A DNA stretch of 20,000 nt. It comes from Raillietiella orientalis (lineage: Eukaryota). This document shows, one piece after another, positions 19,807-20,000 of the stretch. Under the pieces are notes generated by a model. The model did no database searches, was not told the DNA's origin, and saw only the letters and a program-made list of their open reading frames with translations. The stretch spans positions 3,346,645-3,366,644 of the forward strand of contig JAYWIR010000021.1 of NCBI GenBank assembly GCA_036172245.1. Reading direction: 5' to 3'. The translations under genes were made by a program, and so were the position numbers. Numbering within the stretch: position 1 is the first letter of the stretch; each line of letters begins with the position of its first letter.

Positions 19807-20000
19807 TTAATCCCGAATAAGGATTTGCATGACGGATTCGCTCTTCCTGTTGTCCAGAGGGATGGTGACCTGCGACCCGATGACGCTGAATTGCAGTTCC
19901 AACAAGAACAACCACCGTCCTTGACCCTCGCTCACTTCGCCGTTCCCGCAAACATGGTGTCGGCCTTTTCGACGATGTCGAGAATCTCTGTGGTGCTTAT
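19807..20000 (-). CDS. Probable last two coding exons of an unidentified upstream host gene
   Basis: Exons 19936->20000 and 19807-19885 joined by a 50-nt GTGAG..TTCAG intron give ..ISTTEILDIVEKADTMFAGTANVIGSQVTIPLDNRKSESVMQILIRD*. No family recognised. Confidence 0.5.
   Translation of the reverse strand, partial: KHHRDSRHRRKGRHHVCGNGEVSEGQGRWLFLLELQFSVIGSQVTIPLDNRKSESVMQILIRD

Noticed and set aside
1..20000. CRISPR array, tRNA or rRNA genes
   Set aside because: No regularly spaced direct repeats, cloverleaf or rRNA-like sequence seen.

Overview
Eukaryotic (probably arthropod) genomic DNA in two parts. The left ~12.7 kb is a mosaic of foreign and mobile DNA. It starts with a degraded CRESS-DNA (circo/cyclovirus-like) endogenous viral element with divergent rep and cap (1-~1140). 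Next is a nested stack of Tx1/L1-type non-LTR retrotransposon pieces in both orientations (~1142-11850), including one internally deleted copy with a 14-bp target-site duplication inserted antisense into a sibling. Then come two decayed bacterial gene fragments that look Rickettsiales-like (AcrB/D/F RND permease 11905-12337, virB11 12439-12522) and a solo 3' end of the same LINE group (12530-12698). The right ~7.3 kb is host DNA: a 7-exon secreted CUB-domain gene on the minus strand, a convergent decayed paralog on the plus strand, and the probable 3' end of another minus-strand gene. The main candidate system is a locus that accumulates viral, endosymbiont and retroelement fragments, with the foreign pieces lying 5' of and co-oriented with truncated LINE copies, as expected for RT template-jump capture or a piRNA-cluster-like archive. 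All family calls are by-eye motif recognition; no database search was run.
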